Assembly: GCF_963921235.1 (NCBI RefSeq)
Contig: NC_086109.1
Span: 9,426,001-9,490,000 of the forward strand
DNA from: Mobula hypostoma
Taxonomy: Eukaryota
Reading direction: 5' to 3'
DNA: 64,000 nt
Shown: piece by piece, positions 50,302-63,423 of the stretch
How the letters are laid out: the number at the start of each line of letters is the position of its first letter
How positions within the stretch are numbered: the stretch's first letter is position 1
The notes under the pieces: generated by a model
The model's input: the letters and a program-made list of their open reading frames with translations, nothing else
What the model was told of the DNA's origin: nothing
The model's database searches: none
Program-made: the position numbers and the translations under genes

Positions 50302-51928
50302 CAGTGGGATGCAAAAGTTTGGGCACCCTGGTCAAAATTTCTGTTACTGTGAATAGTTAAGTGAATAGAAGATGAACTGATCTCCAAAAGTCATAAAGTT
50401 AAAGATGAAACATCTTTTTCAACACTTTAAGCAAGATTGGTGTATTATTTTTGTTTTGTACAATTTTAGAGTGGGGGTAAAAAAGGAAAGGAGCACCATG
50501 CAAAAGTTTGGGCACCCCAAGAGATTTGAGCTCTCAGATAACTTTTACCAAGGTCTCAGACCTCAATTAGCTTGTTAAGGTTATGGCTTGTTCACAGTCA
50601 TCGTTAGGAAAGGTCAGGTGATGCAAATTTCAAAGCTTTATAAATACCCTGACTCCTCAAACCTTGTCCCAACAATCAGCAGCCATGGGCTCCTGTAAGC
50701 AGCTGCCTAGTACTCTGAAAATTTAAATAAATGATGCCCACAAAGCTGGAGAAGGCTATAAGAAGATAGCAAAGCGTTTTCAGGTAGCCGTTTCCTCAGT
50801 TTGTAATGTAATTAAGAAATGGCAGTTAACAGGAACGGTGGAGGTCAAGTTGAGGTCTGGAAGACCAAAAAAACTTTCTGAGAGAACTGCTCATAGGATT
50901 GCTGGAAAGGCAAATCAAAACCCCTGTTTGACTGCAAAAGACCTTCAGGAAGATTTAGCAGACTCTGGAGTGGTGGTGCACTGTTCTACTGTGCAGCGAC
51001 ACCTGCACAAATATGACCTTCATGGAAGAGTCATCAGAAGAAAACCTTTCCTGTGTCCTCACCTCAAAATTCAGCGTCAGAAGTTTGCAAAGGAACATCT
51101 AAACAAGCCTGATGCATTTTGGAAACAAGTCCTGTGGACTGATTAAGTTAAAATAGAACTTCTTGGCCGCAGTGAGCAAAGGTATGTTTGGAGAAAAAAG
51201 GGTGTAGAATTTCATGAAAAGAACACCTCTCCAACTATTAAGCATGGGGGGTGGATCGATCATGCTTTGGGCTTGTGTTGCAGCCAGTGGCATGGGGAAC
51301 ATTTCACTGGTAGAGGGAAGAATGAATTCAATCAAATACCAGCAAATTCTGGAAGCAAACATTGCACTGTAAAAAAAAAAGCCCAAGATGAAAAGACGAT
51401 GGCTTCTACAACAGGATAATGATCCTAAACACACCTCAAAATCCACAATGGACTACCTCAAGAGGCACAAGCTGAAGGTTTTGCCATGGCACTCACAGTC
51501 CCCCGACCTAAACATCATCGAAAATCTGTGGGTAGACCTCAAAAGAGCAGTGCATGCAAGACGGCCCAAGAATCTCACAGAACTAGAAGCCTTTTGCAAG
51601 GAAAAATGGGTGAAAATCCCCCAAACAAGAATTGAAAGACTCTTAGCTGGCTACAGAAAGCATTTACAAGCTGTGATACTTGCCAAAGGGGGTGTTACTA
51701 AGTACTGACCATGCAGGGTGCCCAAACTTTTGCTTCGGGCCCTTTTCCTTTTTTGTTATTTTGAAACTGTAAAAGATGGAAATAAAAAAGTAACCTTGCT
51801 TAAAATATTAAAGAAATGTGTCATCTTTAACTTTATGCCTTTTGGAAATCAGGTCATCTTTTACTCGCTTAACTTTTCACAGTAACAGACATTTTGACCA
51901 GGGGTGTCCAAACTTTTGCACGCCACTG
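50302..51928 (+). mobile_element. full-length Tc1 transposon with IR/DR ends
   Basis: TA-CAGTGG...CCACTG-TA; imperfect inverted repeats of about 220 bp, each with two GCAAAAGTTTGG(G/A)CACCC direct repeats; 1627 bp. Confidence 0.93.
50685..51708 (+). pseudogene. disrupted DD34E Tc1 transposase
   Basis: GRPKK, VLWTD*, QQDNDPKH and SPDLNIIENLW (34 residues between D and E); in-frame stops and frameshifts. Confidence 0.9.
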
Positions 51929-52200
51929 TATATGGTTGAATAACAATAAACTTGTACTTGAACATTCCATGTGATTGTGGCCTGATAGAAGAGTTAAGGA
52001 GCCGATGGTGGTAATACAAGAGTTCAAACACAGTATCAAACAAACTCTTTATTGTTTGTCGATAGCAAATTACAAAATTATAGAATATCCTGATGAAGAT
52101 TAACTTTCCCAAGTGGAAGATGTAGAGAGATGAGGAATACCAGGCCCTACAAAAGCTTATTCAGAGTAAATGAACATGCTAACAGCTGTATCTGCTCGAA

Positions 52201-52827
52201 TTAGATTAAGAAGACACGCAGTCCTCCTTTATTGTCATTTAGTAATGCATGCATTGAGAAATGATACAATATTTCCTCTGGTGTGATATCACAAAACACA
52301 GGACAGACCAAGACTGAAAAAAACTGACAAAACCACATAATTATAACATATAGTTACAACAGTGCAACAATACCATAACTTGATGAAGAAGTCCATGAGC
52401 ACAGTAAAGAGTTCAAAGTCTCTCAAATGTCCCACATCTCACACAGACGGGAGAAGGAAGAAGAACTCTCCCTACTATGCCCGACCACAGTCCGACTCTG
52501 AGTCATCCGAAAACTTCGAGCCTCCGAATCAGCTCTCCGACACTGAGTACTGAGCGCCATCTCTGTCTGAACGATTCGACCTCAATCTCAGTTGCCAACA
52601 GCAGGCAAAGCAGGGGATTTTGAGGCCTTCCCTCTGAAAGATTCCCGACCGTGCAGTAACGACAGCAGCGAATAAGCGTTTCAGAAATTTCTCCAGATGT
52701 TCCTCTGTGCTTTCACGTCCATTCTCCATCAAATCAGAATTGTCCACGGCCCCTATTTAACTGATACGATATCATTTTTCACCGGAGAGCTGCGCACACA
52801 TGGTGCACTGCTCTCTCTCCTCCTGCC
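52201..52827 (-). repeat. unclassified interspersed repeat of about 620 bp, copy 2
   Basis: See 43894-44512. Confidence 0.85.
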
Positions 52828-55182
52828 TTGAAAGAAGCAAAAATAGTGCAGAAAACGTTGGAAATACTTAGCAGGCCAGGCAGCATCCATGGAGAGAAAA
52901 ACAAAGTTAATGTTTCAAGTTGGTAAAAAAAAGTCTTTGAATTGAAATGTTTGTTTCTCCTTCTTTAGCTGCTGCCTGACCTGCTGCGTGTTTCCAAAGA
53001 TTTGTTTCTCATCTGGAATCTCAGAATAAAAGTGAAACGGCAGACTGTAACATTGTAACAGCGAGCTGTCCGCTCGTCTCCCCTCTTGGTGTGCAAGGGG
53101 TAACACCTAGTGAGAGAGAGGGCTTGTGGCATGTGCTGGGTTATGGACTGTAGTTTTTGATGGTCTGCAGATCATGGTCTCTTTGGGGCTTTGCGATTGT
53201 ATGCCTGAAGGTGGTGGGTGAAGGTGCTTTGCATGGGAGTGGGGAGTGGTGCTTTGGGGCTCTAACATTTTTCTGTCATTCATTCTTTGGGGTTTTCTTC
53301 TGTTTCAGGGATGTCTGTGAAGAGTAAGAATTTCAGGTTGTGTACTGTATACATTCTGTGATATTAAATGAAACCATTGAACCACCGAATCTGATAGGAC
53401 AGAACAGAAGACCATGGAATAAGGGGAAAGGGGTGGAGCCAGAGGGAGGTGATGGGCAGATCATGAGGGCAGTGGGCAGGCAGAAGAGAAGGGGTGAGAT
53501 GGCCACCAGAATGGGGACTCACCTATCACCTCTCGGCCCACATCACTTTCCTCTTCACCTGCTCTCATCTATCACCTGCCAGCTCTTCATATCATCAGTG
53601 TAAAGTTGAAGACTTCAGAGTAGAATATAAACACCAGGAGATTCTACAGATGCTGGAAATCCAGAGCAACAGATACAAAATGCAGGAGGAACTCAGCAGG
53701 TCAGGCAGCATTGATGGAGAGGAATAAACAGTGGACGTTTCGGGTCGAGGCCCTTAGTCAGGACTGGAAAGGAAGGGGGAAGAAACCAGAGTAAGAAGGG
53801 CTGGGGGGGGGGTGCAGGGGAAGGAGTTGGCAAGTAGATGAAGCCAGATGAGGGGGAGGAGGGGGATAAAGTGAGAAGCTGGAAGGCAAGTGTAAAAGAT
53901 GAAGGGCTGAAGGAGAAGGAATCTGATAGGAGAGGAGAGTGGACCTTGGGAGAAAGGGAAGGAGGAGATGCCCAGGGGAAGTGATAGGCAGGTGAGAAGA
54001 GAAACAGTGAGAAGGGAGCCAGAGTGGGGAATGGTAGATGAGGGAGGGGAGAGGGGAGAAATTAGCAGGTCAGGGAAATCAATGTTCCTGCCATCAGATT
54101 GGAGGCTATCCAGACAGAATATGAGATGTTGCGCCCCCAGCCATTCCTTCCCGTAGATGCTGCCTGACCTGCTGAACTCTCCCAGCATTTTGTGTATGTT
54201 GCTTCAGAGTAAAATTGAAGGTTATCTATCAGAAAATGTGACACTACCATCTAGGAGATGTAATATTGCAGATCCATACTCTGGCTGATTTTGATCTCCA
54301 TTTTTGAATCAATGTGTCAGAATAAACAATACATTGTAGGGAAGAAACTTAGGATATAAAAATCACTATTTTAATTATTGATGTAATAATCTATCATTGG
54401 AAAGAATGTCCTTCAGGCAATTTGGGCAAACCCAATTCTATTGTTACCCCTGTTAAAAATTGAATAGTATGCTCTCAGGAGAACATCACCCAGAATCCAC
54501 AGAGGTCCATCTTGTGCTGGTGGATGGAGATTGGTGGGTTCGAACCGAGCAATACAGTATCCATTGTTCTGTAAGGCAAAGATTCTCCATTAGTTGGTGA
54601 GATCCTAGAGTCACAGAGTACTACAGCACAGAAACAGGCCCTTTGGCCCATCTAGTTCATGTCCAACTATTATTCCATCGACCTGCACCCGGACCATAGT
54701 CCTCCATACCCCTCCCATCCATGTACACATCCAAGTTTCTCTTAAATGTTGAAATCAAATCCACATCCACCACTTCTGCTGGCAGCTCGTTTCACATTCT
54801 CACCACCTTCTGAGTGTGAAAGCTCATCCTCATGTTCCCCTGAAACATTTCACCTTTCACCCTTAACCCATGACCTCTAATTCTAGACTCACCCAACCTC
54901 AGCGGGAAAAAAAGCCCGCTTGCATTTACCCTGTATATATTGTGTATACTCCTTTTATCATATAGCACCAGTTAGAATCTGATGCTACAAGATACAGCTG
55001 ATAAATTGATACTGTGCATCACCTTGATCCTTTGATAAGAATTAATTCTGGAATCAATATTACCAATATCCATTAAGGACGCTAACCATCCAGGAGATTA
55101 TTATTGCCATCAGGGAGGAGGCACAGGAGCCTGAGGACAGCTTCCCACTCACACCGCCATCAGATTTCTAAATGGTCTGTGA

Positions 55183-58100
55183 AGCTATACCTCAACTGTT
55201 GTTTAAATCCTACGATTGACAAGAGCTCAACCAATCAGCAACTTCCAAATCGCACCGCGTCACTTATTAACTCCTTTTTGAGCGATTTTGGATTGATCAA
55301 GTTATGGAAGTATTTGCACCCCGATAACAGAGAATATTCTTTCTTTTCACATGTTTATAAAAAATATTCAAGGATTGATTATATTATAATCGATCCCCGC
55401 TTCTTGCCTAGTTAAAAATCGTGAATATGACGCTATTGCTATATCTGATCATGTGCCTCTGAGTTTGTCTTTTGAATTTGATGATGTCATTCTTGCCCGC
55501 CCACCATGGCACATGCCTCAGACATTATTGCAAAACTCTGACTTTGTCAGCTTCATTGAAACCCAGATAAAAGAATTTTTTCTTTTTAATAATATAGGGG
55601 TACATCCAAATTAGTTATATGGGATACATTTAAAGCATTTTTATGTGGTCAGATCATTTCTTATTCAGCTAAGCTTAAAAAACCGACTAAAGCAGAATTA
55701 GATAAGATTTCAAAACAAATTAAAGACTTAGATAATATTTGTGCAATTTCCCCTAATATTGATTTATTCAAACAAAGGGTGGAACTTCAATCACAATATA
55801 ACCTATTACTAACTCATCCCATTAAAGGCTATTTGCTTAAGTTAAAGAGCCAATTTTATATGTTTGGAGATAAAAATAACATACTGCTCGCATCTCAATT
55901 AAAAACGGCTAGAGCCAAAAGGCAAATTTTGAAAATTTGTAGGAAAGATGGTACCCTGGCTTGGGAATATGAAGAAATTAATAAGATTTTTCCAGATTTT
56001 TATGCTGAACTTTATAAATCTCAATATCCAGTAGATTCTTCTGAAATGAATGCTTTCTTACGGAAGATTGCTTTTCCTAAAATTTCTGTTGAGGATCAAA
56101 AAACTCTTGAAGCCCAAATTATTGAAGCTGAAATTCATGAAGCTATTTTTTCAATGCAATCTGGTAAGGCGCCTGGACTTGATGGCTGCCCTGTAGAATT
56201 TTATAAAAAATTTGGAAAATTGCTTTCTCTCGGTATGTTAGAAATGTTTAAGGATTCTTTTGTGAGAGGTGATTTACCCTCTACTTTCTATGAGCCTTCT
56301 ATTTCTTTAATTCTTAAAAAGGATAAAGATCCTACTGACTGTGCCTATTTCATTAATGAATGTCAATACTAAAATGCTGTCAAAGATAATGGCCAATCGG
56401 TTGGAGAATATTTTGGGTAAAATTATTTTTAAAGATCAAACAGGCTTTATAAAGAGTCGTTATTCTTTTTCAAATGTTTGGAGACTATTTAACATTATAT
56501 ATTCGTCCTTTTTTAAAACTCCATAGTGTGTCATCTCTTTGGATGCTGAAAAAGCGTTCGATCGAGTTGAATGGAAACATTTATTTAATGTTTTAGAGAA
56601 ATTTGGCTTTGGTGTTAATTTTAATAATTGGATTAGAATGATATATAAAACTCCTATTGCTACTGTTGTCACTAACAACTGCAGGTCTCCTTTTATTCAG
56701 CTTTCACAGGGGAAAGACAAGGTTGTCAATTAAGTCCTTGGTTATTTAATTTAATACTGTATTAGAACCCCTTGTTATTGCTCTTCGTGGAGCTAAAAAT
56801 ATTTATGGGATTTTTGTGAATGAGACCATTCATAAGATTTCTCTTTACGCTGACGATTTATTGGTTTATATATCTAATTCCGAAGAATCTATTCCTGCCT
56901 TGCTAAAATTATTCAATGAATTTGGAGATTATTCAGGATATAAAGTAAACTTTAGTAAAAGTGAATTGTTTCCTTTAAATGAATCTGTCACTATATATGA
57001 TAATAGTCCTTTCAAAGTCACGGATTCTTTTAGATATTTAGGTGTTATAATCACTAAAAAATATAAGGATCTTTCTAAAGCCAATTTCGTTCCCTTGGTA
57101 GACTCCATGAAGTATTTATTTAGTAGATGGAGTCCACTTACATTTTCACTTGTCGGTTGTATCCATATAGTTAAAATGATGATTTTACCAAAATTTTTAT
57201 ACTTACTTCAGAATATCCCTGTTTTTTGACTAAGTTTTTTGATCGGATTGATTCTATTATTTTATCTTTTATTTGGAATAATAAAAGACCAAGAATTAGT
57301 AAATGTCACTTGCAAAAGTTGAAAAAGGATGGAGGTCTCACTTTGCATAATTTAAAAATGTATTACTGGGCTGTTAATGTGTGATACATGTCCTTTTGGT
57401 TATATTGGGTTGATAAGAACGATCGGCGAATTTGGGTAGTCCTGGAATTGAAAGCAGTGAAACAGTTTTATTTAACCTCGTTATTGGGAGTTGCTTTACC
57501 TACACAATTAGCTAAAGTTGCGAGTTTAAACCTATACCCTGTGATTAAGCATTCTTTATAAATTTAGCTCCAGTTCCACAATTGTTTTAATCTTAAAAAA
57601 TTTAAACTTTGTAGTTTAATTTATCGAAATTACTTTTTTTAAGCCTTCTTTGAGTGATCCAATTTTTTCACTTAGCAAAAATAAAGGTATTAATTCTTTT
57701 TTGGATTTATTTAAAGAAGATAGATTGACGTCTTTTGAACAATTAGTTGATAAATATTCTCTTTTCATACTCACACTTTTTACAATACCTTCAAGTTAGA
57801 CATTTCTTACAAAAATATTTAAGTAATTTTCCTTACATATTGGGTGCTGACCTGTTAGATACTATTATGAGTATGAACCCTTCGACGAAGGGTTCTATTG
57901 GAAGAATTTATAATTTACTATTACAATGGGATAAACGTCCTTTATTTAAGACTAAACAAGATTGGGAAAAGGTACTCAATTTGACTTTTATGATGGAGGA
58001 TTGGACGCGGATTCTGAAGCTGGTTAACTCTTCTTCGATCTGTGCTAGTCATTCACTGATTCAATTTAAAATTGTACATCGTTACCATTTGACGAAGGAG

Positions 58101-58808
58101 AAACTGTCTAAAATATTTCCTAATGTTGATAGTTATTGTGATAGATGTAAAACTGAGACAGCTACACTGACACACATGTTTTGGTCTTGCTCTATACTGG
58201 AACAGTTCTGGAAGTCAGTTTTTTTGACAATTTCTAAAGCACTTAATTTAATTTACAACCTAACAAATTAACTGCGCTTTTTTGAATAATTCCTCAAAAT
58301 ATTCGCGGTATCTCTGTGTCTGACCAACATGTTATTGCATTTGTTACATTGATAGCTAGGAGGGCCATTTTGTTGAAGTGGAAGGATACATCGGCTCCCA
58401 CTTTGTCACAATGGTTCTCTCAAGTGATGCTATGTCTTAGTTTGGAGAAAATTAGAAGTTGAACCTTTGAATCTTTATTTGATTTTGAGAAAAGATGGGG
58501 TTCATTTGCTCGTTATTATCATCTGAGTTAATTGATAGATTTCCTCCACAATCTAATTGTAAATTTTTGGCATATTTTTTTTCTTGCTGGCGGTTTGATG
58601 TTCATCTTTAGAAGCTTTTTGTATGACACCTAATGGGTTTTTTTCCCACTTTTTCTGCTTAGTAGGGTTTTTTTATTATCACAAAAATTTTTCAATCTTT
58701 AAAATAATGTTTTTTTCCTTGAGACATTGTAAATGTTGCTTACTTCGATGTACTCGTGTTATTTTTGAATAATATAATAATAATAAAAAGATTTGAAAAG
58801 AAAAAGAA
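55183..58808 (+). mobile_element. L1-clade LINE, 5'-truncated in the endonuclease domain
   Basis: YSFFSHVYKKYSRIDY, SGKAPGLDG, DAEKAFDRVEW, SLYADDLL, C-terminal CDRC...THMFWSC; T-rich 3'UTR, AATAAA and A-rich tail; many stops and frameshifts. Confidence 0.9.
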
Positions 58809-60107
58809 CACAACCTCAAGATTTTGCTCCTAGAATCAGAATCAGAATCAGGTTTAATATCACTGCATATGTCATGAAATTTGTTAACTTTGCGGCAACA
58901 GTACATAATAACAGAGAGAAAAAGAAAACTGTGAATTACAGTATATGTGTATGTATATATATATTTCAATAGATGCTTATACATATATATATATATATAC
59001 AGTATGCATTGACTTTATTTCTTACATCCTTCACATACTTGAGGAGTAAAAATCTTTATGTTACATCTCCATCTAAATGTGCCATGTGAAATCATAGCAA
59101 TTTATAATAATTTATAATAAATAGAACAGCCAATGTAATATAGGGTACACTCAAGTCAGCGAGAGTTCATCAGTCTGATGGCCTGGTGGAAGAAGCTGTC
59201 CCGGAGCCTGTTGGTTCTGGCTTTTATGCTGAGGTACTGTTTCCCGGATGGTAGCAGCTGGAATATATTGTGATTGGGATGGCTTGGGTCCCCAATGATC
59301 CTTGTAAATGTCCTGAATCATGGGAAGTTCACAACTACAGATGTGCTTGGCTATCCGCACAACTCCTAGCCTGTTCAATCTCTCTCTACAACTTAGTCCC
59401 TTGTGTTTTGAAATGGTACCTTCAATGATATCAGAGGCTTCACAAAGAATCTTCAAAAAGATTCCCCATTTCCTCAGCCCGAAACATCTTTTTATTCCTC
59501 TCCATAGATGCTGCCTGACCTGCCGAGTTCCCCCAGCATTTTGTGCATGTTACTGCTAACCATACACTTCCTCTGCCCTAACTGCAGAGAGCATTGCCTC
59601 CAAAATACATGGCGGAAAACGCTGACAAATGGGACTGGCTCAAAAGGGCATCTTGGTTGGTATGGACAAGATGGGCTGAAGGGCCTGTTTTCCATACAGT
59701 ATTACTCTGTGATTCTCTGATATATTCTCACCAACAAAGCAAGAGGGAATGAGGGGTGACCATAAGACCACAAGATATAGGAGTAGAATTAGGCCATTTG
59801 GCCTGTTGAGTCTGCATCACCACTTTACCATGGCTGATCCATTTCCCTCTCAGCTCGAATCCTCTGCCTTCTCCCCATATCCCTTCATACCCTGACTAAT
59901 CAAGAACATACTGACCTCTGCCTTAAATATACCCAATGATTTGGCCTCCACAGTCACCCGTGGCAACGAATTCCACAAATTCACCACATTCTGTCCTAAA
60001 TGGATGTTGCTCTATTCTAAGGCTTTGTATCTCTGGTCTTAGTCTCATGCACCACAGGAAACAACCTTTCCACACCCACTCTCTCAAGGTCTTTCAACAT
60101 TTGATAA

Positions 60108-60801
60108 TGTAGCCCCCCCCCCCCCGGCCAGCCTCAGGGTCGCTCAGCTCACTGTCGTCTAGGGAAACAGCCCTCAGCCCTACCAAACTGGGTAATAGTT
60201 TGTGTGGATGCTGTGTGATGTACCCCACCCTGCCCAAATAACAGACAATACACCAGATACGATTAAATGATTGACAGTTTATAGACATTACTGGAACTAT
60301 ATAATTAATAGAGAATAAAATATAAAAGGAACATAAAAGGCGCCACACTTATCAAAATTCAATCTCTTCGTGCACAAACAGTTGGAGCTCTGGACCCTTC
60401 TTCATCCTGCGACCCCTCGGACCACCTCGACCGGCCACCTGGGATCAACAGCAGTGGTCGACCAGACGCTCCACATGAGTCCATCTCTGTCTCCTCACTG
60501 AACACCCTGCTCGGGGTCCGACCCCGTTAGCGGACTCACCACACCTGGTCCATTCTCTGACTCTCTCTCCCGCCTTCTCCTCAAAACCCTGCGCATACAA
60601 TATCTTACAGACACACCAAAAGCATAACAACTATCCCAATTGGTTCGTAACACCTTCTTATCAGTAACGTGATCCAAACAAACTGCTAGCGGGAGGACTT
60701 TCTCAGCAGTTAACATAACAAAGAAGCCCTTTCAATTATAACATAACAAAGAAGCCCTTTTAATTAGACCACGCGGTGACAAAAAAAAGGAACCCCTTAC
60801 A
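60108..60801 (-). mobile_element. solo LTR (probably Gypsy-type) inserted in a CR1
   Basis: TGTAG...TTACA termini with 4-bp flanks ATAA/ATAG; the interrupted CR1 rejoins across it (catttgat|aggtttcaat). Orientation is inferred. Confidence 0.75.
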
Positions 60802-61750
60802 ATAGGTTTCAATAAGGTCACCCCTCATTCTTCTGAATTTCAGTGAGTACAGGCTCAGAGCCATTTGAATGCTCCTCATATGATAAACCTTTCAACCCTG
60901 GAATCATTTTTGTGAGGCTCCTTTGAACCCTCTCCAGTGTCAGCACATCCTTTCTAAGATGAGGGGATCAAAACTGCTCACAATACTCCAAGTGAGGCCT
61001 CACCAGGGCCTTATAAAGCCTCAACATTAAATCCTTGCTTTTGTCTTGCAGACGAACATAAAATCATGATTGGCATAGGTAGGGAGAGTGCAGACAGTCT
61101 TTTACCCAAGGTCAGGGAACCAATAACTAGAGGGAACTGGTTTAGGGTTGTTGTTTTTCTTCTTTTTCCCACCTTGCTAGGCATCGGGGGACATTTTTGC
61201 CATTATCGTAGTGTTTGACTGTTTCCTACGAGGCTGGCTTGCTAGCTTGATGCTCAACCCAGCACGGATGGAAAGCATGCAAGGAGCCAGCCGGATTTGA
61301 ACCCAGGACCATTGGCCTCGAAGTCTGGTGCTGATCTCATTGCACCATCAGCCAGAAAACAGGTTTTAAGGTGAGAGGGGCAATGTTCAATGAGAACCTG
61401 ATAGACAACCCTCTCACTCACTGAACAGTTAGTGCATGAAATGAGCTGACAGAGGTAATAGTTGAAACAGGTACATTAATTCAATTTAATTCAAGTTTAT
61501 TTTTCATTCAACCAAATATAAATACTCATTAATGCAGCCTTACTCCTCAGTCAAGATGCAAAACACAATACCAACAGTCACACACGGCACAAAGCACATA
61601 TAAGATAGAAAGGTACAGCCACTCAATAAAAGAGACCAAACTCAAGCCATCCAGTTCCACAGAAATTTGCAGACAGCCCCAAAAGAGCTTGTCTTCTGCT
61701 GAGCGAACACTGGCGGGCAGCACTGACTCCAGACTGGATGCCATGCTGCA

Positions 61751-61764
61751 CCGCCCCCTAGTGG
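61751..61764 (-). promoter_or_regulatory. CTCF motif (reverse)
   Basis: Reverse complement is CCACTAGGGGGCGG; lies within a repeat-derived segment. Confidence 0.4.
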
Positions 61765-61767
61765 CAG

Positions 61768-62088
61768 TGGCCCCAATGCCTCTACCCGGCAGCTGGTTAA
61801 CAATGGCCCCAATGCCTCTACCTGGCAGCTGGTTAACAATGGCCCAACGCCTCTACCCGGCAGCTGGTTAACAATGGCCCCAATGCCTCTACCTGGCAGC
61901 TGGTTAACAATGGCCCAACGCCTCTACCCGGCAGCTGGTTAACAATGGCCCCAATGCCTCTACCTGGCAGCTGGTTAACAATGGCCCAACGCCTCTACCC
62001 GGCAGCTGGTTAACAATGGCCCAACGCCTCTACCCGGCAGCTGGTTAACAATGGCCCAACGCCTCTACCCGGCAGCTGGTTAACAATG
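61768..62088. repeat. 35/36-bp minisatellite, 9 units
   Basis: Units TGGCCCCAATGCCTCTACCTGGCAGCTGGTTAACAA (A) and TGGCCCAACGCCTCTACCCGGCAGCTGGTTAACAA (B). Confidence 0.95.
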
Positions 62089-63423
62089 TTTTAAAAAACA
62101 CTAGGACAAGAAAGGTTTGGGATTTGGGTCAAGCATAGGTAAACGGGACTAGCTTAGATGCTCATCTTGGTCGGCATGGACGAGTCAAACTGAAGGGACT
62201 GTTTCTGTGTTGTATAAATCTGCAATTTTATGATATATTCTCACCCACAAATCAAGGAAAAAGACTTAGAAGTTCCAAGGGAAGGAATTAATTCCTCACA
62301 CTCTTGATAACTTGCTTGCAATGATCCTTTCATTCTCCTTCGTGATATAAATTTTATAAGAATTACAACTCTCAATCAATTGCAATATCCCACACATACA
62401 ATTAAGCTTTCAGTGAATCTATTAAAACGTATAGCCTGATCTTTCTAATAGGACATGAAATTGAGATTTAAGAAATATTCAAAGTGCTTCATTATACTTT
62501 AAACATAAAAAAACCTTTGTCATCAAATTATAGAAATGGGAAAATTATTCTCCCGGCAGATGATAATGATTGGTAGAGAATGAGTTTTAGTGCTGAAGTA
62601 CCAAGTTTGTTTGAGAAAATTGTTTATTGAAGAGCCAAAATGGTACGAAACACAAATTGCATCTGGGAAGTTATGAGGGCATCAAATTGTTACCAGCAAT
62701 GTTAACTGATGATTTCTCACCCACAGAATTTATGTGGCCCATGAGAAGACATTAGGCAGACTGATTTATAAATTAGCTTTATCTGTCACATGTAGAGTGA
62801 AACATTGAAATATACAGTAAAGGGTATCATTTGTTTCAAAGACCGACACTTTCCAAGGATGTGTTGGGAGTCGCCACACTTCTGGCGCCAACATTGCATT
62901 CCCACAACTCTCTAGCCCTAACCCGTATGTCTTTGGAATGTGGGAGGAAACCAGAGCACCCAGAGGAAACCCACGCATTCACGGGAAGAGCCGACAAACT
63001 CCATATAGACAGCAGTAGGAATCAACCCCTGATTTTCCAGACGCTGGTGCTAATTGCTGAACTACTGTGACCCCAAGTAAAATATGGAATGCCTCATGAT
63101 TTTGTGCTGTGCCCTGCTAATCTTCTCCATATCGTTGTAATTTTACTGTTTGAGCTGCCGAAGCAATGCATGCTTTATGGGTATTGGGTCTGATATCTAT
63201 GCTAGTTTTGATTTGGAGAGAGAAAGAAAATTCAGATTTATTTATCACATGTACAATGAAGCATACAATGAAATATGCCATTTACCTAAATGACCAACAC
63301 TCCCAAGGAGGTGCTGGGACAGACTGAAAATGTTGCCACACATTCTGGTGCCAAAATAGCATACACACAATACTCAGAGGAACAACACTAAACACAAAAA
63401 GTAGAGCATACCAAGTGACAATC

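Noticed and set aside
61768..62088. 36-bp repeats resembling a CRISPR array
   Set aside because: Units are contiguous with no unique spacers, there are no cas genes and the context is vertebrate; it is a minisatellite.
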